The notes beneath the pieces are model-generated. The model searched no databases. It had not been told where the DNA came from and saw nothing but the letters and a program-made list of their open reading frames with translations. The position numbers and the translations under genes were made by a program. Positions 27,682 to 43,865 of a stretch of DNA of 64,000 nt are shown here, piece after piece. Position 1 is the first letter of the stretch. Every line of letters starts with the position of its first letter. Source of the DNA: Kudoa neothunni (taxonomy: Eukaryota > Animalia > Cnidaria); contig OZ199838.1 in the NCBI GenBank assembly GCA_964304625.1, forward strand, positions 8,267,550 through 8,331,549, written 5' to 3'.

Positions 27682-29214
27682 TTATTTGGATTTGTTACTT
27701 TTTTTCTTGTTGCTGTAAGACTCGGATAACAATTTCTATTCAAATTAAAGCATAAGATCTAATTCATTTATCGAATGCGTCATACCGTAATAGTTTCATC
27801 CTCAACCTTCTTCTCCGACTTGACCAGCTTATCATTCCACGGGGGGATCGTAGTTCTAGCAAAGGTCAATTAGAATTTAAAACAACGTAGCAACATCAAC
27901 CTCAAAAGGCCAGTCGGTGTTATGATTGCGGTGAACTTGAAATGAGCCACAAAATCACCTAATTTAACATTTAAATCAATCATTTAACAAATCAAAAACA
28001 AAATTATTACCATCATCTTTTACATACAGCGGAGGATAAGGTATCACAACAGCATGCTCAACACATTCTTTTATACCCATTCGAGCTTTGCTTTCGTTCT
28101 CCATTGATCTCAGGTTGAATGCCATATGCAGATTGGTGGCTAACAATTGTTTCATGAGTTCTAAAAATGTGAAAATAAGATAAAAATGAAGGTGGTTAGC
28201 AAACAGACCGACGAACCTTTTGAGGATTTCAATTTTAGATTGTAAGGAGAGTTTGTATGTTTGTATATGGTAGTTCTGGTGTCTTTTTGGCGGGGTTTAT
28301 TTGACTCACTATTAGTGACAAATATGTCGATGCAATAAACCTCAAAAAGCTCAAATTTCTGCTCGATATAATCCTTTCCATGCCCATCGCCGGGAACCAT
28401 AATAATTTTCTTTTCGTCCTCCATGTTGTTCTTTGTAACCCGAAAACACACCATATCTTCGACGCCTTTACATTGAAATTCGTTGACCACTTTGTTGAAC
28501 ACACTACCAACATCTTTGTTCTTGAATAACAATAATTAATCAATCTTTATGCACAACTCAAGTAAAACCTACAGATTTTCCAACTTTAAGTGTCCTAAGT
28601 ATAGCTTCTTCTGCCATGTGAGAAGCTTTAAGAATATCAGCTTTGACCCCAGTAACTGGATTCGACTATTATAGATAGTTGATCAAATCATAAGTAATTT
28701 ATATTTGACGCTTACTTCTGTTGCTCCGACCACAAAGGTGTGTGCGATTCCACCAGGAAATCCATCAAGGTTAACGGAAAGGTCTCTGTATTTATGTTAG
28801 CAATATCAACGGGAGATATAACATACATTTTAACCATGTCTCCTTCCTTGATAATTTGATCGGGGTCCGAATTTAACGGCGAAAAAGTGACAAATGCAGT
28901 CATTCACAGACACGCAAGTTGGAAAAGATATACCCTTTTTCATGGTTTTGTTCTTTTTGAATATTTTGCTACACTCTTCAATTATCATCTTGTCACCCAA
29001 TATGCACAATTCGCGACAACTCGAACCCACAACACATTTGCTGACCAACTCATTCAACACTCCCTAAATGAACAACTTACGTGCATGGAATAAAAATCCA
29101 TCCAATACGATTGGCTATATCCCCAGCAACGACATATTTATCTAAAATTGCATCTGAAGCTGGTGAATTGTCTTGATTGGTTTCGTTTACAGGATCCTTA
29201 GATTTATCAGCCAT
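27682..29214 (-). CDS. PA2G4: Proliferation-associated protein 2G4 (EBP1); the assembly shows a 1-nt frameshift
   Basis: [65 protein letters not shown]. GT-AG introns. Apparent extra base in the A5 run at 28882-28886 and probably in the C3 run at 29062-29064. Confidence 0.9.
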
Positions 29215-31105
29215 CACAACTGTTCGAACTTATCGCAACTATTTGGGCTTTGATCGGTGAATTCTTCGGAATAGTTCACTATGTAGGCGTGTGTATCATG
29301 CCGTAACAAATTTTATTTTCGCACTCTATTTCACTGTTTAACGCCATAATTTTGGTTAAATAACTGTTATTGAAATAAATTATGTTGAACTATCAGTGCA
29401 TGTGCAGAAACATAAAACAATAGCCTAATTGTCGGAATTATTTTTGCATCTTAAACTTCCTAATGTTTCCCTTATGGAGTTTGAATCAATTAAAATGAAA
29501 CACGTTTTATTTTTTTGACTTTTAAGAAATTTTTTAAGAATTGTTATTTTGCACGTGGTGACATGTGTGTTCGAGCGGATCGTGCCACTATTGATCGGTT
29601 GTTTCTGTCTAACCCTTGCTGTCTCGTATACACATTTATTTCATTAATTTAATTTTTATCTATGTATAAAATTATATGCATGACTAAGTTAATGTGTTTT
29701 ATTTTTTCTAGTTAAGGATTAGGAAATATAACACGCTATTTTTGGATTGAGGGTTTTATAGTTGATGAAATCAAATCGAATATTTTACTTTATATTTTCA
29801 CCAATTAACTAATGATAATAATTAACTATAAAAAGGAATGGTTTCAACGGTAACACACATGCACTCATTCTCACCCGAAATGCCAACCATATCTATCACG
29901 GCTGTGTACATAAAAAGGTTTACGTTGCATAATCTAATAATCGATTATTACCGATGAACAACATTGCTGATTGGAACTGCATATAATTTAATCAATTCAT
30001 ACTACCATAAATTTGAATTAATGTACCTCTTTTATAAAGTAGGGTTGATAACTCTTTTACTATACAGTAAACTCACCGTATCTGCGAGGCATATGGTGCA
30101 CGACTTATCCGCGAAATGGTACAACATGGATGAGTAGAGCGGTAACTCGACTTGGAGAATTAAATTATCTTTTTTACGTGTAATTTAAAAAAGAGACGAA
30201 GGTTATGAAAAAGGGTCATAATTTTTTAATTTAAGGGAGAATTTTATAGTCCGGGTTAATCGGGAAGTAGCTCAACGGAGGTTAACGATAATACGTGCCG
30301 TATCAATTGTAATCCGGACGTTGTGTAGAAACCATGATTTAAATCAAGAATTTACAACAAAAATAAATGTTCGTGTGCTTTTTATCTATAAAATCATAAA
30401 ATTTTTGTAAGACAAAATATAAAATTAGCATAAGTAATATGCGTTTTATAATTTGTGCGATAGAACAACAAATTTTATAGAACAGCATTTTTTAATTGGA
30501 TTGAAATATAAAAGAAAATAACTATTTGCGCGTTGAATAATATTTATATGTCACTAATTTTTATTGTATTAAATTATTTCTGATCCATAGCTTCGCTCCT
30601 AGAGACCAGAAATATTTAAATATCCGTGCCTGCCCGAAGTGGGTAACTAGGTGATACCAAAAGAGCTATTTTGTTCATAACTCATAGAAAACTACATTAT
30701 TTTCTTCATAATCTTCTGAACACTTTATAAAGTCTTAAAGTTTTATTCTAAACCAAAAGAGTTATAGATTTACTTTATTGAGATAACAATTGTTGCCTTA
30801 AAATATGTCATCTATTAGTCCCTGGTAAAAGTTTAATTGTAATGATATAATTTTATATTTGTAGCGAGAACCGGCAGATTTTGAAATATTTTTAATGAAA
30901 TTATTTAATTTCTGAAATATTACATAATTATATCAAATATTTCACCCCGGTTGTTTTAAATAAATTTCCCCGTGATTAATTCATTTTGAACTTTAATAAT
31001 TAAATAAAAAATCTACCTCGAGTAATAAGCCTGATTATTTACATCTATAATGCTAAATTATAATATAAAGATAATCGTTTTAAATAATCAGCGTATCTAA
31101 TGTTA

Positions 31106-34100
31106 TCTACTATATAGAGCAAACCGGTAATCCGTGCGTGTGCCAATGCGTACGCATTTTTCATTATTTATAGAGAGACATATCGCTCTACTTGTGCACG
31201 CATATGGAAACATAAAATTTTATTTTAAGAAAGATAAATACGTAAAAATTATAAAAGGTTTGCATCCTGCAAAATGACTAAAAACATTTTCACGTGATAT
31301 GAGTGGTATGATTTCAGGATTTATGCAAACATATAGATCATTTCGTTAAAATTATAAAAGGTTAATTTTAAATGTACTATGGTGTTTACTTTACTTTAAA
31401 ATTATTGGAAAGTAATTTAGTAATTGAAAAAGTTCAAATAAGGAGGGTAATATTAGGTTATGTATCCAAGCATTAATATGAAATTCATTTGTTGATGTTT
31501 AACAAGATTAGTCCTATTCATATGGTATGATTTAGAGATTACTGCCAACAACAAGGAGAAAATCGATATTTTAGGAGCTCTAAATAGGAAATTCAAACGC
31601 TCAGTAGTATTTATTCGTTTTTAAAAATATTAAATAAGGTTCATGCGTCCAATGAGTTAAATAAATCATCAGTTAATTGAGTAATCTTTGTATTATTTAT
31701 CCATATACTCTGAATTTACTTTGAACTTCAAATGACCTTGGCCTACTTAACCCTTTCACGCCGAAATTTTTTTGACGGGTGAAAAAAAATATTTGATAAC
31801 ATATATGACATTTTTAAAATAAAATAAATCATGTGTAACATTTTTGGATTCGATTGTTCTAAAATAAATAAGTTACATGAATGATGCCATATGGCATCAC
31901 TCGGCCGCCCCAAATTTTCAAACACATTAATGCGCAAGCGCGGTTCAACAAACCAAACACAATATTGCTGTTTATAAAGAAAATAAGAACGAAAAATGGT
32001 GTTTTTATATAGTTTTATATTGTATGGTATTCTTTAAAACAATTTCTGCTGATGTTAAGACACAGAGCGACGTTGCATTTTATGCAGTAAATCCTAGAAT
32101 ACATTGAACAGTATTTGCATCTCTTTTTTCATTTCTAGATTCTGGATAATGATACATTCCATCGAAACGAGCACTCTTGAGCAATCCGCTTCCATCGGAC
32201 GTTCGCTTGCGATTAGGAATACTTCGGTTGACGGTTACTTCGGTGGATGATGGTCTACCCCTTTTTGGCACACGTTCTATGTTTTGGCAGTAAAACATTA
32301 GGTGTTCACTTACCTCCACTGTAAAGTTTTGAAGATCCATAATCTTTTTACTGTCTATATCCACTAGTTTACATTGCCCGCGATAAATGAGCCATCCATT
32401 TAGTAAGCAGAGATTTAAGCACCAAAAAAATATTCTGGTGTACCATTTTTTTGAATTGTGATCTAATCGATACAATGCCATCAACATATCGAACAAATCG
32501 ACTCCACCCATGTACTTATTATACATTTTTACGATTAGAGGATAGCTGATACTGAGAACTTTTTTATGTTTTTTGTCATACCTTTGTACAGAAGACATCG
32601 GAAAAGCAGAATAAAAAGTGGATGATACATTAACAATAGATCCATCTAACCAGCGTACAACATTTATTTTTGAATTATTTAGACAATAGATTCCATATTC
32701 AAAACTTCCTCTAGGTTGATTTTTAAATTCTTTTTCTGCTTTAAAAGGACATTTTGTCATGTGAGTTTTTCTTATGGTGCTGGTAGAAAAGTAACCAAGC
32801 TTCAAAAGTTGGGCATGCAAGTTAAAACTTGAAAAGTAATTATCATAGTATATATGATATTTAGAACTATTCAAGTTTCACACAATTTCAACACGATGTC
32901 CGATGACTTATTCCCCGTAGATGTAACATTTAAAGTAGTTCCAGATTTAAAGTAAAAATCATGAATAATTCCACCGGCCCCATTCCTCGTAAAAACTTTA
33001 AACCTCCATTTAGTAGGTTTCAACGGTAAATAACGTTTTAAGGCCGATTTCCCCTTAAAGGGAACAATTTGCTCATCAACGGATTGATGGTATTCAGGCT
33101 CGATAACTAAGCAAGCCTGCCGTATTATGTCAAGGACAGGTCTTATCTTAAAAAACCTGTCGTAACCATCGTTATTAGGATTTAAAACAATATTGTTGTT
33201 GTCGCAGAAATGTAAATATCTTAATAACGACTCGAATCTAACTCTCGTCATTCTGTCAGATATGGTGTTGTAATTAATTTTTGTTGACTAATAATTCCTA
33301 TATCGCGGCAGTTTTACGACAGACATTCGAATAAGAATACCAATTAATAGCCGGATTTCCTCAATTGTAGTTTTAAACGACGGATTTAATGTTGATGCGT
33401 ATTTATTTGTTTCATTCAAAATTAGTTCAAAAAGGGCGTCGGTAAAAAACTGATTGAAATAATAAAACGATTCAAAAATATCACCATCAACTTCCGTAAA
33501 AATAGATTGTGATGCAGTTGAGTTTTCACCATCAAAAGATTCATTTAGAATCCACTTAGGATTAACGTCAGGAGTTACCGTATCGTTTTCGCTTTCAGAG
33601 AGGTCGTTATCACTGACAGAATTATTAAAAGTTTCATCATCCGGCGCGTTCTCGGCATCGGATTTGTCAGGATCTGGAAACAGTTTAAGCTGTTTCACCA
33701 TCCTCCCGAATTTGTTTTTTTAATAATAAAATCAGCATCCATCACCATTCTCCCACGGGTAATCGACCTCCGCCGAGTGATGCCATATGGCATCATTGTT
33801 TATTTTTCGTTTTGAGCCTTATTGTTAAAACTTTCCTCAATTTTAATCTGCGTTTTTGAAAATATTTTATTATACTAACACAATAAATTTTTATCAGTTG
33901 AGTAAAACTGTTTCTTCAGTCTTATAGTTATCGTTCGAAGGGGGCAGTTTTGCTAATCCCAACAGCAAGTACTATTATCTATTTTATTACATGAAAATAT
34001 AAAACCCAACACTTTCATAATTTTTTGATGATTATATTGATTTTCATCTAATAATATGACAAATTTTGTCTTGCAGAAATATGTAATAACGGAGAAATTT

Positions 34101-34209
34101 GCTAATTAACAAAATGATGCCGTATGGCATCACTAGGCACGAAAGGGTTAAGGCTTTAGTCTGCGTGGCCAGGCAAGGAAGCCCATGCGAAGCGGGGCTT
34201 TTGCGCTAG
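31106..34209 (+). mobile_element. Non-autonomous Helitron family B (copy 1), interrupted by a piggyBac
   Basis: 5' A^TCTACTATATA. 3' hairpin AAGCCCATGCGAAGCGGGGCTT, then CTAG^T. Inverted paralogue at 61533-63861. Confidence 0.8.
31751..34147 (-). mobile_element. Full-length piggyBac (PGBD2/3-like transposase, disrupted)
   Basis: TTAA TSD on both sides. TIR CCCTTTCACGCC / GGCACGAAAGGG. Palindrome TGATGCCATATGGCATCA three times. ORFs 33288-33701, 32871-33251 and 32080-32874 carry SVDEQIVPFKG, YYDNYF and YMGGVDLFD. Confidence 0.93.
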
Positions 34210-34665
34210 TTTTCTATAAAATTGTTTGAAAATTAGTCACGAAAGGTTCTTTAATAGAAAAGTCCATTGCATATTTAGCGAGATTATTGTACGTTAATTA
34301 TTTATCAATACATCAAACAATGATTCTTTATTACGAACCTCAAGATATTGATAGAAATGGATTTATACACCTTGAATGCTGATTTACCACTAGATTTCTT
34401 AATGCAATAATTCAATCAGAAACCATGATATTTACAATATTCAGATTTAGCTGGGAGAAATTAATTAGGATGATAAAATTATTTATTGACATATTACATA
34501 GAGTTGTTCCGCAATTAATGTTCGGTTAGAAGTAACTTTTAAAAATTTAATTAAAAAAAGGTAGGTATTCTTCTTGGTAGGAATTATGGAAAGCAGTTAA
34601 CATCTGTTGTTTGAGGTTAGCAAAGAAAATGGACTGATAAAATAAACAAGTTTCAAATTCAAAAA

Positions 34666-35406
34666 TTAGCTACAATTGAAAATTTTTTTAAAACACTTTA
34701 TAAATATTGGTATAAACTGATCGATGGTAACAATCTCGTTCGTTTGTTTGGTTAGCGAAGTGGTGCCTTTACCGAGGAGACCACAGGGAACAATGTACGA
34801 AAACCATTTAAGGTCGACGTTGCAATTGAAAGCCATTCCATGGCTGGTAATAAGATTTTGATTTCTAACGCCAACGGAAGCGATTTTGGAGTTGCCGATC
34901 CAGACACCAGGATGTTCAGTTAGTGTGGATTTTATTCCATAATGGTCACAACACAATATCCCTACTTCCTCCAACGCTCGTACATACTCTTTGATATTCA
35001 TTCCGAAATTCCTAAGATTAACGATGGGATAAGCTACCAATTGTCCAGGTCCATGAAATGTGAGCAGACCTCCACGTTCACTAACGCAAACATCAGCTCC
35101 GAGCGATTTTAATCGTTCTTCCTCCCCGGGAGGCAAGTTATTCACCTCTCTAAATCCAATAGTATAAACAGGTTCATATTCAACTAGCATTAAGGTGTTC
35201 AATGTTTGCTCATTCGAAGATTGACGTGACACGTTGAAATTCAAATTTGACGAATGATTGTGGACAGGGTGTGCAGTTTGTTGTTTGTTTGAGATTTTAT
35301 GCATATAATTCAAATGAGATTGGACAAATTCCCCCATGATTTTCATCGATTCCGTATAGGTTGTTTTACCGACATTTACAATTGATAGCAGCCTACTGGC
35401 ACTCAT
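34666..35406 (-). CDS. LIPT2: Octanoyltransferase (LipB family), intronless
   Basis: PVYTIG, RGGLLTFHGPGQLVAYPI, GVWIGNSKIASVG, ITSHGMAFNCNVDL, IVPCG. Confidence 0.93.
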   Translation of the reverse strand: MSASRLLSIVNVGKTTYTESMKIMGEFVQSHLNYMHKISNKQQTAHPVHNHSSNLNFNVSRQSSNEQTLNTLMLVEYEPVYTIGFREVNNLPPGEEERLKSLGADVCVSERGGLLTFHGPGQLVAYPIVNLRNFGMNIKEYVRALEEVGILCCDHYGIKSTLTEHPGVWIGNSKIASVGVRNQNLITSHGMAFNCNVDLKWFSYIVPCGLLGKGTTSLTKQTNEIVTIDQFIPIFIKCFKKIFNCS

Positions 35407-35895
35407 CACAGTCCAAACACACGAATTTTGACGAAATGTGCGCTCTCGCTGATAATGAGGTTTATTTTTAACTTTAATGCTCTATCTCTTAGGTTATGCT
35501 CACCAAATTTGTCACTTATGTTTTTATCCCCTTAATCCAATCAAATTCTGAATAAACACCATAAACGAATCTAATTGTACTCGTATTAGTGTTGAAAGAA
35601 TATAATGGTGGACAATACAGAAATTTGAGGCTGACACTTTTTATCTGATTAGATTAATCTTTAAATATGCTGACATTTCAACTTGAACTTGTAATAATTC
35701 AGAAAAACAATTTATTATGTAAAACCTAGATTTTAAGGCGCGAAAGCAGGAATGGCTAACCGACTATTAAGTTCCCACAAAAACAAATTAAAATACAATG
35801 AGACTTGTTGAAACAAAACCAAAATAAAATGTTGGCAAATTATTTCATTTAAAACAGATTAAAACCAATACAAAATAATATCCAGTTACCAACAT

Positions 35896-39091
<3,196 letters not shown>

Positions 39092-40267
39092 AAGTTATAC
39101 GTGTGCGCAAGTGCAAATTTGGGGTTTAAATTCATCAAATATTTTTTTTGGATTTTAAGCCAAATCATATATTAAGAGGGTTATTGATCAAATATAAATT
39201 TTATAAACAATTGATTTATGTTCTAATTGATTTGATAATGATGTAAACATCATTCTTTTTGTTTACAAAATAAACACTTGTTTCGTCTTAATAGAATTTC
39301 TACATTTGGTTGGTTAGAAGAATTTTATAAAAAGTTTTAACCCCGAACGATATAAAACGTTAGCTCATTTTTATCTTGCTGTTATTGTATGGAGGTTTAG
39401 CAGACTAAATGTCCTTATTTAGAAGATAATCTCCATTCCAATAAATTTTTCAAAGTAAATAGTTATAATGGTTCATTTTTTTACTATACTGTGTCTGTGA
39501 AGGTTCAAAACTCAAATTCGATATTTCCTATTGATTAAATGGCAGTTGCGTGCGCACCGTGTAGCAAGCATTACGTGCAATAGGTGACCACACGTTCATA
39601 ATCCCATTGGGGCAAAGAAAAAAAATTACGAACCACACATATTGTACGTGCGGTTCGTAATTTCTAAGGTTGTGCGCGCAGTACTAAGGAGGATACAATC
39701 CTATAAATCAACTACAGTCGATATTGGATATTGCATGGGTTTCCGGGACCAGAAAAAACCACGCAATAAAAGTTTTTACGCAATATCCAATTTCATCCGT
39801 GCGCCACACTGTAAAATACGGTTTTCTTGTGCTTACGTTTGATGATGATTCCTACAAACAAACATTGTTAAAACACAGATAATATAGAGTTCAATTAAGG
39901 AAGAGTTATTAAATTTTGTCAAAAAATCTTTCTATTGGTATTTTTTAAATTCTGTCCATTATGGGATATGAATCAAAAAATCCAGATGAAACCTTTGGAA
40001 TTAAAATTTTCAGTGTATTTCTTATTTATTTGATTAAAATTTTGGTTTTTTTAATAATTGGTTTGATATCATCAGATTTAACCATTGTGAGCAATAAGTC
40101 CGCATGATTTTGATCCTCACATGTTGTAGCATTGTCATCGTCAAATATATTTTCGTAAGCTTCGAATTCATTTAAAAAGATTAATTATGTATACATAAAA
40201 TATTACTTTGTGAACTGTTTCTGACTTGGGATAACTTTCTTAAATCTTCTTGTTCTATAAACTGATA

Positions 40268-41782
40268 CAGTAAGTAACCAATTTCACGCACTTTTTAAAA
40301 ACCAATTTAGTTAGAATATTGATTAGTCATTGTTTATACAATATGTTTCTTATAATATTTCAATCAAAAATTTGATAAAAATTATTTCAAAAAGTTGCTA
40401 AATAACGTAATTAAAATTCACGTGATTGACCAATTTCACGCACCTTTTCTGGGTACTTCTTGTTTATTAGTTAGTTAAGTCAATGTTAAACGCCCAAAAA
40501 CTCCTAAACTATATTTATTATCGAAGAGTACAATATTACTAATTATTATGAAAGTCTTCAATCTAACGACCAAAAAACTGCCACTGTACCACATTTTAAA
40601 ATATCTATTATCCCGGACTCCTAATGGCATCCTAGAGATGAAAAATAAAATAACCAAACCCTATAAATTGTTGTATAATCTAAAAATAGAAATTATTTGC
40701 ATGCAAAACAATTTAATTCTGTTGATGAAGATGTATATGAGTGGATTGGGTGGACACGAATCAGAAAGATTGTAGTAAGCGTCGTCACAATAATTATCAA
40801 TAGAAATCAATTGGTCAAGAACAAGGTTTACCTTCGTGTGCAATTCGTGGTAGGTTTTACTCTTTTAAAAAAAGGTCCAATATTAAAAAATCAAATTTTA
40901 TTAGTTAACCCTTTCGACCCGAATGATGCCATATGACATCATGGGATTGATGTCGGAGTATCTATTCCATTTTTGTATGTATACTTTAAATCTATGGTTG
41001 TGTAAAAATATAACACATACTTTATGAAATAAATTTAAAAATTTAGAATTATCTGTTGTTTATTTATTACAAAATAGGAAACAAAATGCGTGAACGGCTT
41101 TAACAAATAATGGATTATTGTATTGATATTTACGGAAATAACGAATCTATATTTTTTATTTTAAAAATATGATGATTTATTATTAAGCAAATAATTTTTA
41201 AAAATTGGATCGAATTTTAAAAATAATGTTGTATAGCGGGTTCGGAAGATGAAACAACGAATGATGCCATATGGCATCATATAGTTATTTAATAATTTAT
41301 AATACTTTTTAAATAAAATATAATGTATTCCATCTTAATTTTATATCTAGAAATGATATATATTGGAAAATATTCTTTCTCAATTGTAATTTTTTTCGGG
41401 TTGAAAGGGTTAATCTACTGTTGCTACATCTGAAACTACTTCGTAATAGATCAATTAAATCAGAACATTTTTTAAAAGATACTCCGAAAATTTTATTTAC
41501 AATGTAGACGAAACTGCCTTATTCTACTGATAACAACAAGAAGAGTATTTCATAGATCGTTGAAAAATATTTTTGTGCTGTTGACACGTTTCTCGAGTTT
41601 TAATTATCGTTTAAAAAATTAATATATAGTGAACTAGCCTTTATAAACGCAGTTGAATCATTATTAAAGGCCAATTTTTTCTGAAATAATTGCGCGCGCT
41701 AGTGCGTGAAATTGGACGTGACCGGGTTTACGCACTTTTTTCTTGGTCCCGAGGGGGTTACGTGAAAATTGGTTTTTTACTG
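40268..41782 (+). mobile_element. pogo/Tigger-like element (level 3 of nest)
   Basis: TA|CAGTAAGTAACCAATTTCACG ... CGTGAAAATTGGTTTTTTACTG|TA. Relic YNVDETALFY. Confidence 0.8.
40909..41409. mobile_element. 501-bp piggyBac MITE (level 4 of nest)
   Basis: TTAA|CCCTTTCGACCCGA ... TCGGGTTGAAAGGG|TTAA. Carries the ATGATGCCATATGGCATCAT palindrome of the 31751-34147 family. Confidence 0.9.
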
Positions 41783-43695
41783 TATTATCATTAGACCATT
41801 TTTAACGATCCAATCAGAGATAGCTCACCATCTATATTTTTAATTTTCCCAAATAATGTGTCCTCCTTTTAGTTTCAATATCCGTATTGTTGAATTTATC
41901 TAGGTGTGAACGAATTCTATCCATTTTTAAATGAACTTAAACGTGACAATGTATTAATATTCAACATAGTTCGCTATATCACTCAATTTAAACTTAGAAA
42001 TTGTCATTTTTTTGACAACTTTCAATATTTTTATCGAATCATAATAATCAATGATTTCTCTTTTCTCTTAATTGTTACGGCTTTAACGGGAAATAATGAA
42101 GAAAACACTTCTATTTTCAAATAGATGACTTACTAAAACCACGCAGTAAAAAGTTTCCACGCAATAACTAGACTTTATATATAAATTAAAAAATTTTTAA
42201 TGTTAAAAATGTTTACAAAATGAAAAAATAACAACAATACAAACGAACTAGGTTTCTCTCTAAAAAGAATAACGTCGAAATTTTGGAATTACGCAATATC
42301 CAGTCACGCAGTATCCAATCTCGACTGTATAAGGATAGTTCATTTTGGGGTAAATTTCTCAGTTTTAGTTATATTTTTAAGTTTTCTGACAATTATATGG
42401 TGTACTTCTCGTTCAATATCCGTTCAATGTTTATTACTATTTAAACTATGATATTTCAAGTAATGTCTTAAATCAGATAAATGAGGGAGAGGGGTAATTT
42501 TAAATGGAATAATTCTTCGTCCTATGCCATCAAAATTATAAAATTTGTCGTTGTTGTTACAGTTACCATCACTTATAAAATCACCAACATTGGCGTCATT
42601 TTCAATATTGTTTTCGCTTCACGCCATCCCTGGTTTTGGAAAAACTTTATTATTTTATATTTTTCTTTTAAAGTCCTAACTCAATTTTCATTTCTGCCCC
42701 TCATTTCACCATCAATAGAAAACAAAAATCTCAACGCACCTGTAAAAGTTACGAACCATACGTCACTACAAAATAATCCAGAAAAAACCTAATTAATTTA
42801 AAAATATTTTATTTATATTCATAATGGTCAAATAAGTGTTTTTAAATAGTTCGAGAAATAAATAACTTATTATAATCTTATGTGTACGTTAATTTTGTAA
42901 TATTTCATCAAATTACGAACTACACGTCATTACGAACCACACGTCACCCACTGTATATAGGCAGCAGTGTCGCCAATTTTAGCTAGGCATCCTGTCAAAT
43001 TTTTTCCAGAAAATTTATTATTTTTTGCAAAATTCAAAATGATACTTAATTGTACATATAAATGGTACGTAAAATTTTAATTGTCTCAGAAAATTCGAAG
43101 TTATAACGTCATTTGGTCAAGTGTTGAAATATTTCCACCTTTGAAAAAGACCATCAAATGTGGGTAAAAACACTCTAATTTTTATCTTATAATTTTGATA
43201 GCGACAGAAAAAGAAAATATTATTCCATAAATGCGCCAATCAGATAGTTAACTAGAGATGTGCAATATTTCTTGATGATGTGAAAATTATTTTGCTTAAA
43301 AAATACTACAGAATTTGATTAGATTTAATATTAGTATATTATCGAATCTTGAATATTCATTTATATCAACTTCTTTTAAGAAGCGATATTCTTGCTAAAT
43401 ATTTTCAGTTTTGACAGGGTTTTCTGGCAATTCACGGAATGTTTGTTTCTTGTTTGGAGCGGATGTGCAATTCATTTTTAGAAAATAAATTTTGGATTAA
43501 TTCATATGAATTTACAGCTCTAGGTTTAAATTCAGTTGATAATTTACTTAGATACCTCCAAATTATAGTTTTTATAACGAAATGGGGAATTAATTGAATA
43601 AATGTTGAATCGTATTCAACTGCATCAAGTTTCTTAGGTAGATTTAAATTGTTGCATAATCTAACCCTTAACTATTTTATTAAAGGGTTTGTTTC

Positions 43696-43865
43696 TGTAG
43701 TAATCCCCCAATCAACCGAGGCTGGACTCCGCGCTAGCCCACTACATTACTGGGCGGAAATCCCCTAGACAATAACAATCAGGGTGATCACCATAGCTTC
43801 GTTTACTATAATAACTTAGCTGTACTATTCTTTAATATTGATTGTTTCCTCGCGCAAATACAACA
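43696..43865. mobile_element. 170-bp solo LTR
   Basis: TGTAGTA...TACAACA termini with a perfect 5-bp TSD GTTTC (43691-43695 and 43866-43870). GC-richer than its flanks. Confidence 0.75.

Larger units (their letters stand above)
39715..42327. mobile_element. pogo/Tigger-like element (level 2 of nest)
   Basis: TA|CAGTCGATATTGGATATTGCATG ... CACGCAGTATCCAATCTCGACTG|TA. Confidence 0.8.
39578..42953. mobile_element. Outer Tc1/pogo-like element of a four-level nest
   Basis: Imperfect TIR CAATAGGTGACC..GTTCATAAT / ATTACGAACCACACGTCACCCACTG|TA. Repeated TTACGAACCACAC motifs at both ends. Confidence 0.6.

Noticed and set aside
29557-29865. Weak inverted repeat CATGTGTGTT / AACACACATG
   Set aside because: Too short and no TSD, so a MITE cannot be supported.
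30261-30330. GGGAAGTAGCTCAACGG resembles a tRNA A-box
   Set aside because: No B-box (GTTCRA), acceptor stem or cloverleaf.
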